The position numbers and the translations under genes are program-made. Shown here piece after piece: positions 1 through 12,700 of a stretch of 64,000 nucleotides of DNA. The number at the start of each line of letters is the position of its first letter. Position 1 is the first letter of the stretch. The DNA comes from Octopus bimaculoides. Its lineage: Eukaryota. The stretch is from assembly GCF_001194135.2 (NCBI RefSeq), contig NC_068999.1, positions 48,717,653 through 48,781,652 on the forward strand, in the 5' to 3' direction. The notes under the pieces were generated by a model. The model had not been told where the DNA came from. It worked only from the letters and a program-made list of their open reading frames with translations, and did no database searches.

Positions 1-80
1 CAATATATCCAAGAGGAATATCAGTAAAAATAAAAGGAGTGGAGTGAAAAAATAAATATCAATAATCAGCATTTCGTAGG

Positions 81-238
81 CACAGGTATGGCTGTGTGCT
101 AAAACTTGCTTCCCAACCATGTGATCTTGAGTTCAGCCCCACTGCACAGCACCTTGGGAAAGAGTCTTCTACAACATCATTGGGCTGGCAAAAGTTTTGT
201 GAGTGAATTTGTTAGATGGAAACTAAAAGAAGCCCATC
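81..238 (+). mobile_element. tRNA-derived SINE (most abundant family in window), 5' part
   Basis: Shares ...cttgcttcccaaccatgtg...gttcagcccc...gcaccttggg...gaaactaaaagaagcccatc with many other copies in the window (e.g. 9856, 59742). Confidence 0.7.
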
Positions 239-362
239 ATGAATGAGTGGAGTGTATACACAATGAATGAAATCTCCCATCAAAGACAGCACAGGAGTTC
301 ACACACTAAGTTCACTCCCTTCATCATTCCATCAAATCGACATTTCATAAATATATATGAAT

Positions 363-575
363 GTACATGGTCTGATCAATAAGTATCCAGATTGTTGCTA
401 TAGTAACGAAGCTAAAGCTTGCAAACTGAAGTCGCTTGGCACAGATTGACCTTGAACTCTGTTGTGCATGCACACTAGGTTTTAACATTCTAGCTTACTT
501 CCGCTGTTTACAGCAGTGCTTGGAAGGAAGGTGTTTAGCATGTGATCATCGCACTGACATTATGAGTAAAAAAAA
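363..575 (+). mobile_element. mariner-like element left-end remnant
   Basis: TA followed by catggtctgatcaataagtatcc, resembling mariner terminal inverted repeats; no matching right end found. Confidence 0.4.
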
Positions 576-2733
576 AAATCACCTTTCCTTGGAAACAAAT
601 GAGAGTTGGTAACAGGAAGTACATCAGCCATGAATTTGCATGCAGAGAGACCTTGAATGCCAGATGCACCTTCTAACCAACATTCATTCACTCAACGTTG
701 GTGTTCCCAGGAGGCAATTCCTTGTAGTAGCACTGAGGTCATTGATGACCTCTATGCTACCACATCCAACAACACACACACTCTTATGCAGGCAACATAA
801 TCCACCATTCCTCCCTAAGTATGCATTATCCACATGCAACCTTAAATATAAACATTTATTCCATAAACAGAGACCTTGAGAGAATCCTTCAGACGGGCCA
901 CACCAACGTTGTCTCTTTTAACAGCAAAAAAACTCAAGGACTATTTATATGAAGAAAACACCACCACACCACATCCCCTCTAATTGTGAATGGTACTCGG
1001 CACCTTCACACTCCCTCCAAATGCTGGGCCTCGTTATCACTGAGTATCTCTACTGGTTCTTCTCTTTAGGACCAGAAGGTATAATCAGCCCCAAACAGCT
1101 GTTGACACTCTTCAAGACTTAAGTGAGGTCCACAATGGAGTACTGACAAAAGTAACGATAAAAGCTGTGAATGAGAAACTCAATGGAAGGATTTGGCTGA
1201 AATTGGTAGCATTACAGACCAGGTTTCTGTGGAGATGTGGAACTGTATGTCCGAAAGTATTTGCTATGTGTAAAACTAATACCACTTCACACAGGGGACA
1301 TGTGAAATTAGATTGAAAGAGATTAAAGCATGGATATCTGTATGTAAGGATCATGGATGTGCCAAGAATTATACAGCTCTTAAGAATTAAGAATCATTAT
1401 CATCATTATATGTCTATTTTCCATGCTAGCATGGGTTGGACAGTTTGACAGGAGCTGATAAGGCCAAGGGCTGCACCGGGTTCCATAGTCTGTTTTGGCT
1501 TGGTTTTTACAGCTTGATGCCCTTCTTTACACCAACCACTCATGCGCCAGAGCAAGTTGTTTTACACCTATTACACTATTTTTTTCTTTTTCTTTTTTTC
1601 AGCTCGGGTCAAACACTATAGTTTAAAGGCCATGGACTGACGATGTGGATTTTCCGAGCCCTCTTCCCCACCCCCCTTTCGCGAGCGCACATTTTTTTTT
1701 CATATTCGTTTAAGGCAAGTTGTTTTACACCAATTTACACTATTTTTCCTTTGTTTTTGTGCTCGGGTCAAACGCTTTAGTTTAACCTTAACGGTTAGTC
1801 TAACTGTTAATTCTATATAGAGAAGATGGTCCCAGCCGGAATGCTTTTGATAACAGGTTTGCTCGATACAGATTAAACAATAACATTTTAGTTTTACCAG
1901 CAAAACGTCAAAAGACTGCATCCAAATAAGTGATAAAATATGTTTTAGATAAATATAATATATTTATCAAAAGCTGTTGAAAAAAAATTATCAGAAATGT
2001 TAAACTTTTCGATACAACTCGTACTGCATATGCGAGGTTCTCTCAGTTTTAGGCACTAGCAGACAAAAACTTAATGTTTCACTCTACAGTGTGTTTAGAA
2101 CATCTTTCTGAAGCAAGTTTTGTCAAGACAATGAAATACCTTCGTAAGCTAATCATTAAAACATTGTGAAATATTGATCCAAACCAATTTCTTGAGAATT
2201 ATAGGCAGCAACTAGTTAATGGTCGATCAAAATCCGATAAGACATTTTGTTGCAGTAACTTCGCGAGAAAACATTAGTATCATTTCAAGCGTGTCTTCGA
2301 TGATGATGATTATGATCATAATGATAATAATATGGTAGGATTAATAACATAGTAGTTATCCATCTAATTTTTGGTTGTCCGTTGAAGGATTTCATATCAA
2401 ACTAGCGTGCGTGCTTTACAAACATGAAGCGCACCTCTTTGAGGAAGTAATTTTAAAGACCAATGGGTCACAAAATAATGAACTCTTAGATCAACACCCA
2501 AACAAATGAATTAATAGTGACTCTAATAAAGGAAAATCTGATTCGAATACAAAGAAAACTGGCCCCAAAAGTTGGCAGTTTCTCGGTAAACACAGGGCAA
2601 TGCAGCTTGCATATGTTTACGTGTATATACTTTAAAAAAAAAACAAGTTCCAAGAATTGGAATTATTAGATCTAAAGTAGAATTTTAAATCCAATATAAA
2701 TCGATGATAAAGAAAATAGTTTTCAGTTATTAC

Positions 2734-2844
2734 CTGACACTTTTTTCTGTTTTTCGTTTCGGCGGCCGGTGGTTTTATTCTTTTTATTACTTTTTTTTTT
2801 CCGAATTACATTCTCGTTCATATATTCTTCACGCCGTCCAAATT
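2734..2844 (-). CDS. Candidate coding exon of an unidentified minus-strand gene
   Basis: cag|...|gtaat boundaries, 111 nt, phase 1-1, open frame (E)FGRREEYMNENVIRKKKSNKKNKTTGRRNEKQKKVS; weak polypyrimidine tract; no recognisable homology. Confidence 0.25.
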
Positions 2845-5528
2845 CTGTGAATCGAATTTTTATATATATAGTTTCATGTTGTGCACATAAATACAACGAG
2901 GATACGTTCTTTATATAAGCTAGTCAAACAAGATTTAATCGTTGTATTATAAATTCGTATTGGGACGATGGAATAGCAGGAACTGAAAGGTGACTTGAAG
3001 TGCCTTCCGGTTATTAGTTACGTCCCTTTACGCTCCGAGTTCAGTTTCTGTTGAAGGGTCCACTTTACCTTTCACGATTCTGCCATCCATAAAATAAGTT
3101 CCAGCTTCATATATATATATGTATGTATATATATATATATGGATATTTATTTATATAAGGGCATTATATAAATAAATATATATTACGGGAATAAATGATG
3201 GATTTTTTCCCTTATGAGGCTTTTTTCACGCTAGCTACTTGATAAATTCTTGTAAAAGAATTCATCCTATTATTGAATTTATATATATGGATGGATATAT
3301 ATATATATATATATANNNNNNNNNNNNNNNNNNNNNNNNNNNNNNNNNNNNNNNNNNNNNNNNNNNNNNNNNNNNNNNNNNNNNNNNNNNNNNTATGTAT
3401 ATATTTTTTTTTCCGACTAAATAAGAAGATGCACTCGCTACAAATGTATTTGGCCAGTGATTCGAGTGTTACAAATTATGATAAATAACAAATAAATTAT
3501 TATAATTACTAATTATTATCTTACAATTGATATTCCCGATAATAAGATTTATTACTAAAAAGGGGGGGGGGACGAGAGTAAAATTTGAAAGATAAATAAA
3601 GGAATGAGTGAAATATATAAAGCATGTTGCTAATAAAGAAAAGCAACAACAATATGAAAATAAAAACGATCAAAAAAAATCAATAAATGCTATGGCTTCG
3701 AAGGAGATAAATTAATTACTGATCTTTATTCGTTAGAATAGAGGATGAAAACAATTGCAATTGCGAAATGCTTTTCAGCTAAATACTGTTTGGCAATTAT
3801 ATTTGATAACATTTTGTATGAAATTGAGTTTTTTGGGGTTTTTTTGTGAAATTATTTGTACTTCTTTTCCAAACGGTTGACAATGATGGTTCGTATATAT
3901 GAGTTGACAATGACGATTCGTGTATATAAGTCCCCAAAATCCTTGAGGTGACTGAAAACGATGTTACTAGAGAAAATAAGTGAAAAATTGTTTCTGCCTC
4001 ATCGTATATTTGAAATGTGAAAAGTTTCGAAACTAGAATTATAACAAGAGTGAAAAAATAAAATCAATGGAAAAAAAATTTTATGAATTAATTTGATAAG
4101 AAAATTTTAAGTTTTGCAGCAGCTGTAATTTTATTCTTGTTGATTGTATTTTTCAGCACTATTAAATTTTAATAGCGCGTGTTTAAAAAACTAAAGGAAA
4201 TTTAATGTGTGTGTAAGCAATTTCATCTAAATCACAGTAGTGGGTAGGTGTAGCCCTCCCTACGTTGATGGTATGACACGTTATATAGTAGCTTTTTAAA
4301 AGGCTCTCGTTCGTAGTAATTACATATTATCTAATAGATATTTATATTGAGTGTACCATAAGCTATTCACATTAATGTAAAAGAAAAAAAGACATCATTC
4401 ACTATAACTCTCATTTGATAAATACAATTATTTGTATTTGTTTTTCTTATTGAATTTTAGATTAATCAAAATGTTAAATTAAAAACCTGTTAATTATATT
4501 TTTATAGACGAATAATGATTTCATAATTATAATTATCGTTATTAATAATACAATGATGATGATGATCATTGTCTGTTTCGATAATAGAGATATGGGCCTA
4601 TAATAATACAAGGGACTTACTATAACACATGGAGATATTCTTAATGGATAAAGGGAGTAGTTCTTGATTAGAAGACAAATGTAATTTAGTTCCAGCCTTG
4701 ACGTTGATTGCTGTAGTTATTTCTATATCAGATATAATGCTTGGTCAAGACAATAGCGTCATTTTCGTTTAATATGAAGAAAGCTTAATTGCTTTTGACC
4801 AAGGATTAAACGACGTTAACCTAGTATACACTGGAGCTTACGGTTATAATTGTGGTCAGCTATTGAAAATAAATGCATGCTTTTCTTTACCGTTGTTTAA
4901 TAAGAAAGTGAATTATAAGCAAATATATAGAGAAAGAGATTTGAAAATTAAACTAAAATATAGCAATAACTGTTGTTAGTTGTAATTATACATATAAATA
5001 ATTTAATATATGGTTTAACTTCCGTAAATAGCCTTTCTGTCCACTACTACTATTACAATTGTAATAATAATCAGTAGACATTGATCAGGCCTTATGGTTT
5101 TTTCACTCCTGCCTATCGAATCCATGATCAGGTTTCAATTCCGGATGATAACCATCATGACGCTGATATCCTTGAGAAAAGCATGAACAATAATTATTAC
5201 CATGGTGTTCTTTCGATTTGACTCGAAAAAGCAAAACATTGAAATCGACTCTTTCCGTAAAAAGCACGTTGACTTGTCAACTGTCAGTTGACGAAATGGG
5301 AGGAGGAGAAAGCTAATGGGTTATACGTGCGTGTGTTCTTGTTCCTCTGTCTGTGTGTACATGCTAATGTTGGTGTATACATATCTGTTTATCTAAATTC
5401 CTATAATAAAAATGGAAAAAGAGGAACAAGGTATAGTGGAATGGAAGGTTTTATGATACCTGTGGAGTATCTCCTTCTCCCATTATAATTGTTTTGTAGT
5501 TTCAAGGAGCTGGAACAGGTCACCAATC

Positions 5529-6499
5529 TGTAACGTCCATGTGAAGCGAGGTGATGAGAATGGCTCCTTAGCACATCACACGGTCAATGCAATGAATATA
5601 AATAGTACAATGCATATATGTGCCAGAGGGAAATAAGAGACACAACAGGGTAGAATGTTTAAGAGAAGATTTATTGATATTGGTAACGTGTGATTGTGTG
5701 TGCATCATATATACAGAATAACAGACAGGCCATCACAAGAACAAGATGTATGCATATGTGGGCATAATATGTATGTTAAGAACATATAAGGATGGCGATG
5801 AAGAAGAGACAGTGAAAGCGTCTATAGCCATCAAAGTGAGGAGTAAGTTTATAGGCACAAGAATGATAAATAACAGTTTGTAGTCAATTGTACACGATAG
5901 TTGTAATACTGTATCAAGTAGCGGCGATGAGGCAGAGCCGGTTATGGTACATGTCGTATGTGAAGTTGTGGCTGTGATGCTGCTGCCTGGGTTACTTGGT
6001 ATAGGAGTTCTCGCAGGTTGTATATTCGCTGTTGATCTATGGTGAAGTAATTCATGAACAGTGGAGTGTTGTAACCAGGGCAAGTTGCTTGTTGAGGTGT
6101 GTACGTAGAGAGATGTTGGCGTTAGGATGAATGATGGTGACAGAGATGGAGGTCACCATATGATGTTGGACGAAGTTGGTGAGTCTCCCCGTGGCTGCTG
6201 TTGTGTTGTCGCTGGAACTGGCAGTGTCTTGTGTGGTCAATGGCTAGACCCTAAGGGTCTGGAACCGAAAGACATCGAGACAAGGAGAAGCTAGGGTTTT
6301 ATAAGAAGTTGTAGGCTCAAAGCAGGGTAGAAAACACATGTTACCTTATTTGAAGGCTGCGATTGGTTGGGTTTTGGATGTCAACTGGTGAAATAAATAC
6401 ATTCTCCTGACTTTGTCTTTATATTCTATATACTTCTCGTGAAATAATCTTCACTGATTGGATTAACTGGATATCAACTGCTTAAGATTCTACATTACA
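5529..6499 (-). mobile_element. Putative solo LTR
   Basis: Ends TGTAACGT...ACATTACA (TG..CA with 7/8 terminal inverted match); on - strand a TATAAAA-like box (~6300) precedes an AATAAA (~5660); higher GC than flanks; no clear TSD. Confidence 0.4.
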
Positions 6500-6606
6500 C
6501 TTCTCTGTGTTGGTTTGCTATGGGATTTGTAGCCTGGTCCACTGAAGGAGCTTTTTTTGTGATTACCTTCAGATTAGATAAATCCATATATTGTGCATTA
6601 AATATG

Positions 6607-6642
<36 letters not shown>

Positions 6643-7400
6643 CATATATATATAATGTATGATATAATAGATTCATGACATGAAAAACAGGCAATAGTTA
6701 GCAACAGTAGGCATCTAGCTCTATAATAATGCATAATATATTCATGTAAGCCAATCTAAATATAGGCAAGATTAAACACTAACATTCAAATTAAACAACA
6801 AAGAAACACATAAATCTATGTACATTTGTATCGGTATTAATAGTAAACCTATATGTATGTATGTATGTATGTGTTTGTGTTGTGTAAATATACGAGGGTC
6901 CAGAGTTGTAGAAACATTCTTGAATAGTTGACTTCATATCTCTTCCTTACTCATATTTATTTTTGTAATTAAAAGGATCTTGAAAAATATTTTATTATTT
7001 ACATGCAAGCGGCTGAGGACTCCACAGGCACATATACCCTTAATGTAGTTTTCAGAGAGATTCAGCATGACAAAGAATGCGACAAGGCCAGCACTTTGAA
7101 TTACAATTCTTGTTGGGGTAGAAGAGACAACATTCTACAAATCCTTTTGATTGAGGATACAATTCTATATTTCTATGGACATAGCTTAGTAGATGAGAAT
7201 GTTGGTTAATGCAGCGCAATCATTTAGAGGTTCTGAGTTCAATCCCAGGCAAGGCACTAAGGTAATTCACAAAAAAATCAAATGAAGTAAAAAAAAATGT
7301 CATGAAATACAGAGAGTGAAATCAGAACAGCGTACTCCTGTAGATCAAATAAAGTGTTAGGTTTGAAACTCCAATTCAACATCTGAGTTCAACACCACAA

Positions 7401-7446
7401 GACATCTGAAGAAGGCTGGAGAGTATAACAGCTGAAATGTAGTGAA
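7401..7446 (+). ncRNA. Minimal type I hammerhead ribozyme motif, partly degenerate (SINE family A)
   Basis: GACAT-CTGAAGA-A-GGCTG(gagagtataa)CAGCT-GAAA-T-GTA-GTG; core intact, stem I shortened. Confidence 0.5.
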
Positions 7447-8099
7447 AATAACAATCAAGATAAGAACACCAGCCTGACTAGTATAAACATGATTTCTTCC
7501 ATTAACCCTTTAGTATTTAAACTGACCAGACCTGGCTTCTTAAATCTACTCTACAATGTCATGCTAAAAATATACAATCACATCTTAGAAATCTCAAAGT
7601 CACAAGATAATATGTGATCAATAAGTATTGCATTTGGCAGAGGAATCTGAATCCTGAAAGGTTAAAAGAGAAGAGTTTTGTTGCTCAGTTTCAAAACTAT
7701 TATAAGTCACTTGAATCTTCGCCATATGGTCTTTCAATCATCCTACACTAGATTTTATTGTGTGGGGAACCATGTTGGTGAAAATTCGCTTCAGCTGAAT
7801 TATGTGGAAACATGTCACTGAATTAGAGGAGTAAGTCCATGTCAAAAATAACTTCTTGATAGCTTTTAGCAATTAAATATTCATTCATAATTTCAATACA
7901 GCCAAAATATCTCAACACATGGCTCCTCTAGTGACTGCAGATAGTACAAGGGAGATAATCCTTTCATAATATGAGGTGGGATTAGAAATATGAAATTGAA
8001 ATTAAGGAATTATTAGAAAAAAAATGCATAGAATTTACATATTTAATTTTGTTTGTTTGGTTTTGTTTACATATGTTTATGATGTTCATAAAATTTCTA

Positions 8100-8335
8100 G
8101 TCAGTGTAATCATATATATATTTCTTTATTGCCCACAGGGATGGGGCTAAACAAAAGACAAACAAGGACAGAGAAAGGGATTAAGTTGATTACATCGACC
8201 CCAGTGCATAACTGGTACTTATTTAATCAACCCTGAAAGGATGAAAGGTAAAGTTGACCTCGGCGGAATTTGAACTCAGAACGTTCAATACCGCTAAGCA
8301 TTTTGACCAGCATGCTAACGATTCTGCCAACCCAC
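8100..8335 (-). mobile_element. tRNA-derived SINE (second family)
   Basis: Reverse complement of the ggcagaatcgttagc...ctgagttcaaattccgcc...ggggtcgat family also at 45870-46080. Confidence 0.65.
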
Positions 8336-8644
8336 CATAGTCATATATATATATAATGCTGTTTCATTCTTTTCAAAAATTGTCAGCATGGGAGACTTAA
8401 AAAAAAATCCACAGCATAACCACGACAGGCTGCTTTATTATTATTGTTGAATACCCAGGTAACAAATCTTCCTCTGTCTCAGCTCCTTATGTATTTTGGC
8501 ATTCATCATCATCATCATTATAATTTAATGTCCATTTTTCCATGTTTGTATGGGTCAGACAGAATTTGTTGAGGCAGATTTTCTACGGCTGGATGCCCTT
8601 CCTGTAGTCAACACCCACTTACTTCCCACACTCTTAACCACTAT

Positions 8645-8948
8645 GCCATATGTCCATAGTGATTAAGAGCGCAGGCTACTAACCCCAAGATTCCAAGTTC
8701 GATTCCAAGCAGTGACCTGAATAATAATAACAATGATGATGATGATGATGATGATAACATTGTAAAATACCTTAGGAATGAGAACCCTGGTTCAAAATTT
8801 CCCCAAGACACCTGATGTAGGCTGGAGGGTATATCAGCCAAAACGTGTTAACAACAAACAAGATGAGGACAAATATCTGTCAAATGTAAATAATGTAGAT
8901 AATGTAAATAATGTACATAATTCCCCATCTCTTAAATATAGAACTGCT
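8645..8948 (+). mobile_element. tRNA-headed SINE carrying a degenerate hammerhead motif (family A)
   Basis: Near-identical to 27379-27616: B-box-like aagttcgattcc, (AAT/GAT)n linker, gacacCTGATGTaggctg...cagccAAAAcgtgtt with two core substitutions. Confidence 0.75.
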
Positions 8949-9199
8949 GAAGGAAAGGTTTGCAGCAAAATGTAAAATGAAATTATAAGGACAAAGTTGC
9001 CAAATCTTGCTGGAGAAATTGTTAAAATCCATATTGGTATAGGTTTTGAATGAACTGTTTTCACCACTACAGATAAAACTGTGAATGATATTCATGCACA
9101 AGGCACTCTCCTTAAAAATAATCCAGCAACAAGAGCCAATGACACAGACTCTACCTATGAATCGCCCCTATCTAAAAAGAAACTTATAAGAAACAAGGA

Positions 9200-9850
9200 T
9201 AACCCCAAGGACAAAGAAATAAGGACCCACATTCTGGTAGAAGCTATAGCCACTCATAATAAAAAGGAGTACTGGTGGAATGTCCCAGTGAAAACCTCAA
9301 TAAAATATATGCACACCTGACCTGATATAATGATTTGGGATAGAGAAGAGAAATTGTGTACAGTTGTGGAAATTAGCTGTCCAGTGGATGTGTTAACATA
9401 AAGCTGAAGATCAGTGGAAAAGAGAATACCTATGCTAGACTATTGAGAAATCTACAGTTACCCTATCCAGATTACTAATTCAGGTTTATACTTGTAATTA
9501 CTGAGGCACTGGGATATATAACACACTACCTAAATACCAATCTTGAGAAATTAGGCTTCTCAAAGCCAGAAAGGAGAAAGCTGATTCGAAGACTACAGAT
9601 TCAGTCCATTGCTGGAACTGTAAAAATCTGTAAAACTTTCCAGAAGTTTATCATTAAATGTATATGAGCATGTCTGTATATGCAAGTATATGCATAAGAT
9701 GACATACATGAAAACAAAACATGCAACTCTGCACATATACATACATACAAAAATACTCTGTTGTTGATGTTGAGATTCCAATGAAAGATCCTTGGATCGA
9801 GGTTAGAAGCTGACACTTTCTCTATTGGCAAGAAATCTTGAAATAATATT
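9200..9850 (+). mobile_element. 3' fragment of a non-LTR retrotransposon with restriction-like endonuclease (R4/NeSL-like), decayed
   Basis: Translation KEYWWNVPVKTSIKYMHT*PDIMIWDREEKLCTVVEISCP..., later ALGYIT...KLIRRLQIQSIAGTVKICKTF, fits the RLE PD..E signature; stops and frameshifts; structured 3' UTR at ~9778-9830. Confidence 0.7.
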
Positions 9851-9855
9851 GAATA

Positions 9856-10239
9856 GGTGCAGGAGTGGCTGTATGGTAAGTAGCTTGCTTACCAGCCACA
9901 TGGTTCTGGGTTCAGTCACACTGCGTGGCACCTTGGGCAAGTGTCTTCTACTATAGCCTAGGGCCGACCAAAGCTGTGGATTTGGTAGACGGAAACTGAA
10001 AGAAGCCCATCGTTTATATGTATATATATATGTATATATATATGTGTGTGTGTTTGTCCCTCCAACATCGCTTGACAACCGATGCCGGTGTGTTTACGTC
10101 CCCGTTACTTAGTGGTTCGGCAAAAGAGACCGATAGAATAAGTACTAGGCTTCCAAAGATTAGGTCCTGGGATCGATTTGCTCAACTAAAGGCGGTGCTC
10201 CAGCATGGCCACAGTCAAAAGACTGAAACAAGTAAAAGA
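9856..10239 (+). mobile_element. Full-length tRNA-derived SINE with internal (TA/TG)n
   Basis: ggagtggctgtatggtaag...gggttcagtcacactgcgtggcaccttgggcaag...gactgaaacaagtaaaagag; dispersed copies throughout window. Confidence 0.85.
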
Positions 10240-10405
10240 GTAATAATAATAACATACATACATACATAGGGATAGCTAGCTGGATGTATAGATGGCTTCA
10301 CAGACTGTGTGGACCTGTTCGATTATGCCAAACTATACAACTTATGCCAGCATGGAACAAGGTTATGATGAGGATAATGATGATGCTGATATGTGTGTGT
10401 ATGTT

Positions 10406-10441
<36 letters not shown>

Positions 10442-10620
10442 TACACATACCACTTTTACAAGGAAAAGGTCAACAATGATTTTTCTTGTACATTGAGTCA
10501 TAATTCAGATAATCTTCTCCTTTGTAGAAGTCAACATAAAGAATTCCANNNNNNNNNNNNNNNNNNNNNNNNNNNNNNNNNNNNNNNNNNNNNNNNNNNN
10601 NNNNNNNNNNNNNNNNNNNN

Positions 10621-10657
<37 letters not shown>

Positions 10658-10885
10658 TTGATAGATAGATAGATAGACAGGTATGCATGCAAGCATACAC
10701 ACTTAACTCTTATATACTCTCAGATATACCTGCATGTGTGTGTGTCTGTGTGTGTCTGTGTGCTTACGTGCATGTGGGTTCAGCAAGGGAGGTAAATAGG
10801 TATAACATATAATTTAGAAACTAACCAATCATTTTCTTCGTACGAAATGTGGCTGAATAGGTTTTTTTTCTATAGTAATACTTAC

Positions 10886-11215
10886 CTTGGATTGTCGGCA
10901 TGGACAACAATGGAAAGCGACTGAAGAAATTCTGGATTATTTACCAAAAATATAGTTAGTTGCTGTGATATATTTGGGCAGGTATTTCCTTATAGTCACT
11001 GTTTTCTTATTGCAAACTCATTTTACTTGTGCGATTTCATTTTTGTAAATTAATTCAAATTGGTCTGGGCTGGACATGATTTGATTACTAAGACCAACAT
11101 GTTCGTTAATTTCTGATAATTCTGTTTTTATTTTTATATTTCTTCATGTTTATATCGGTATATCGAACCATATTTTCATTCGGTACGAAATCATAATATA
11201 TTTGTTTAGTCTCTC
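10886..11215 (-). other. Candidate spliced exon (mostly 5' UTR) ending ATG CCG ACA ATC CAA G|gtaagt
   Basis: Strong acceptor ttgttttcttttgcag and strong donor gtaagt on - strand; phase 1 end is compatible with the 2734-2844 exon. Confidence 0.2.
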
Positions 11216-12416
11216 TGCAAAAGAAAACAATTTGAATGATCAGATTTCTGCTATCTGTTTGAAAACAAATATTAAGTCCATATAAATATTAGCTGGACTC
11301 TCTTGCTATTGGCTTTTTTTTGTTTTTTGTTTTTTTGTTAATTAACGCATCTGCATGCTACTGGGACTTAATCAGTTGTGAATAACAAATGGTTTGTTTT
11401 TCAATTGCCTTATTTTCGAATCCCCTTGTGGTGTTCCTTAGCAATATTCGTTCGATCGTCCAAATATTTTGATTTCTTCACTAAGTGAAAGTAGATAATG
11501 AGAAGTAAATATATACCAGTAGCTATTTTTAGTTAGAGGAGGGGGAATTCCCTTATCTACTTAAAGTGGTGGTGGTGGTAGTTAACAATAAATAAAAACA
11601 ATGATTACTTGAGCGGGTTATGTATGAAACCTTTTGAGAGAATCGTTTTTGTTGAAATCCTAGTTAGCACTGATCGAGTAGGCTTATGATGGGAGGTGTT
11701 CCAGCCGTGACCATCCCGTTTTTTCATATCCAGGTCTACACAATCCAACGTGTCCTTCGTTTTATTAAAGACCGTAGGGATTTGATTCAAGGGAGATTTG
11801 GCTGTTATTTCTTGCAGGTTGAGTGACAACAGAGATGTTCCCTCATTGGCTCGCCCTTAAACGAGAATGGATACAAAGTCTCAGGATATATTGGGGAGAA
11901 CGAATACAACGAAGTCTCGAATATATCGCATGAAATACAGGGGTCTTACATTCATACTTTATTTTTCCAAGGGCATTGATGAAGTGACAAATAAAATGAA
12001 TTTCCATCTGGAAATCGAAACCGGGCCTCTGGCTCGGATCAGCGAGAAATTACTTACAAACCCGTGTTTTTGCATCAATGATTTTACACATAGGCAACAA
12101 CTTTGAGATATTTAGAGAAAAAAATTGGTAATTTAATTGTTCGTGCCCATAAAAAATTCTTATTGCTTACCGATACCTGCATCTCCTATTATAATTCCAT
12201 TACCATGTTGGATACTTTAGAGAAATATTTTAGCCTTTTGTGCGCTACTTCAGCCAACTACTCAGGTTGGACTCCCTAGTTGTCAGACGTTTGTGGGAGG
12301 GATCATACCAAGTCGTATTCCATGAGTCCACAGTTGTTTCCAGTTAAACAACAAAAACTGCCATTTCAACATTTTTTTTTTGCTTCTTTTAGCCATCTCT
12401 TAAACGCCGCTAAAAG

Positions 12417-12458
<42 letters not shown>

Positions 12459-12636
12459 GTGTATGTTGTGTGTTAGGGAAATAGAGAATCGAATAATAAC
12501 AATATTCATTTTTCGAAAACTTCATGTAAAAAATAACAAGAGAAATGGTATTGATATTGAAAATGTATTAATTTTTTTCTGATATATATGTGTGTGTGTG
12601 TATACATATATTATATATATATGTATATTATGTGTG

Positions 12637-12700
<64 letters not shown>

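Noticed and set aside
575-1354. Higher-GC block with ORFs 640-879 and 1112-1354, possibly a decayed RTE 5' region
   Set aside because: Only faint nucleotide resemblance and no translatable motif; not enough support to call.
5733-6240. 116-aa and 62-aa ORFs
   Set aside because: Lie within the putative LTR; low-complexity Thr/Ser-rich and no recognisable domain.
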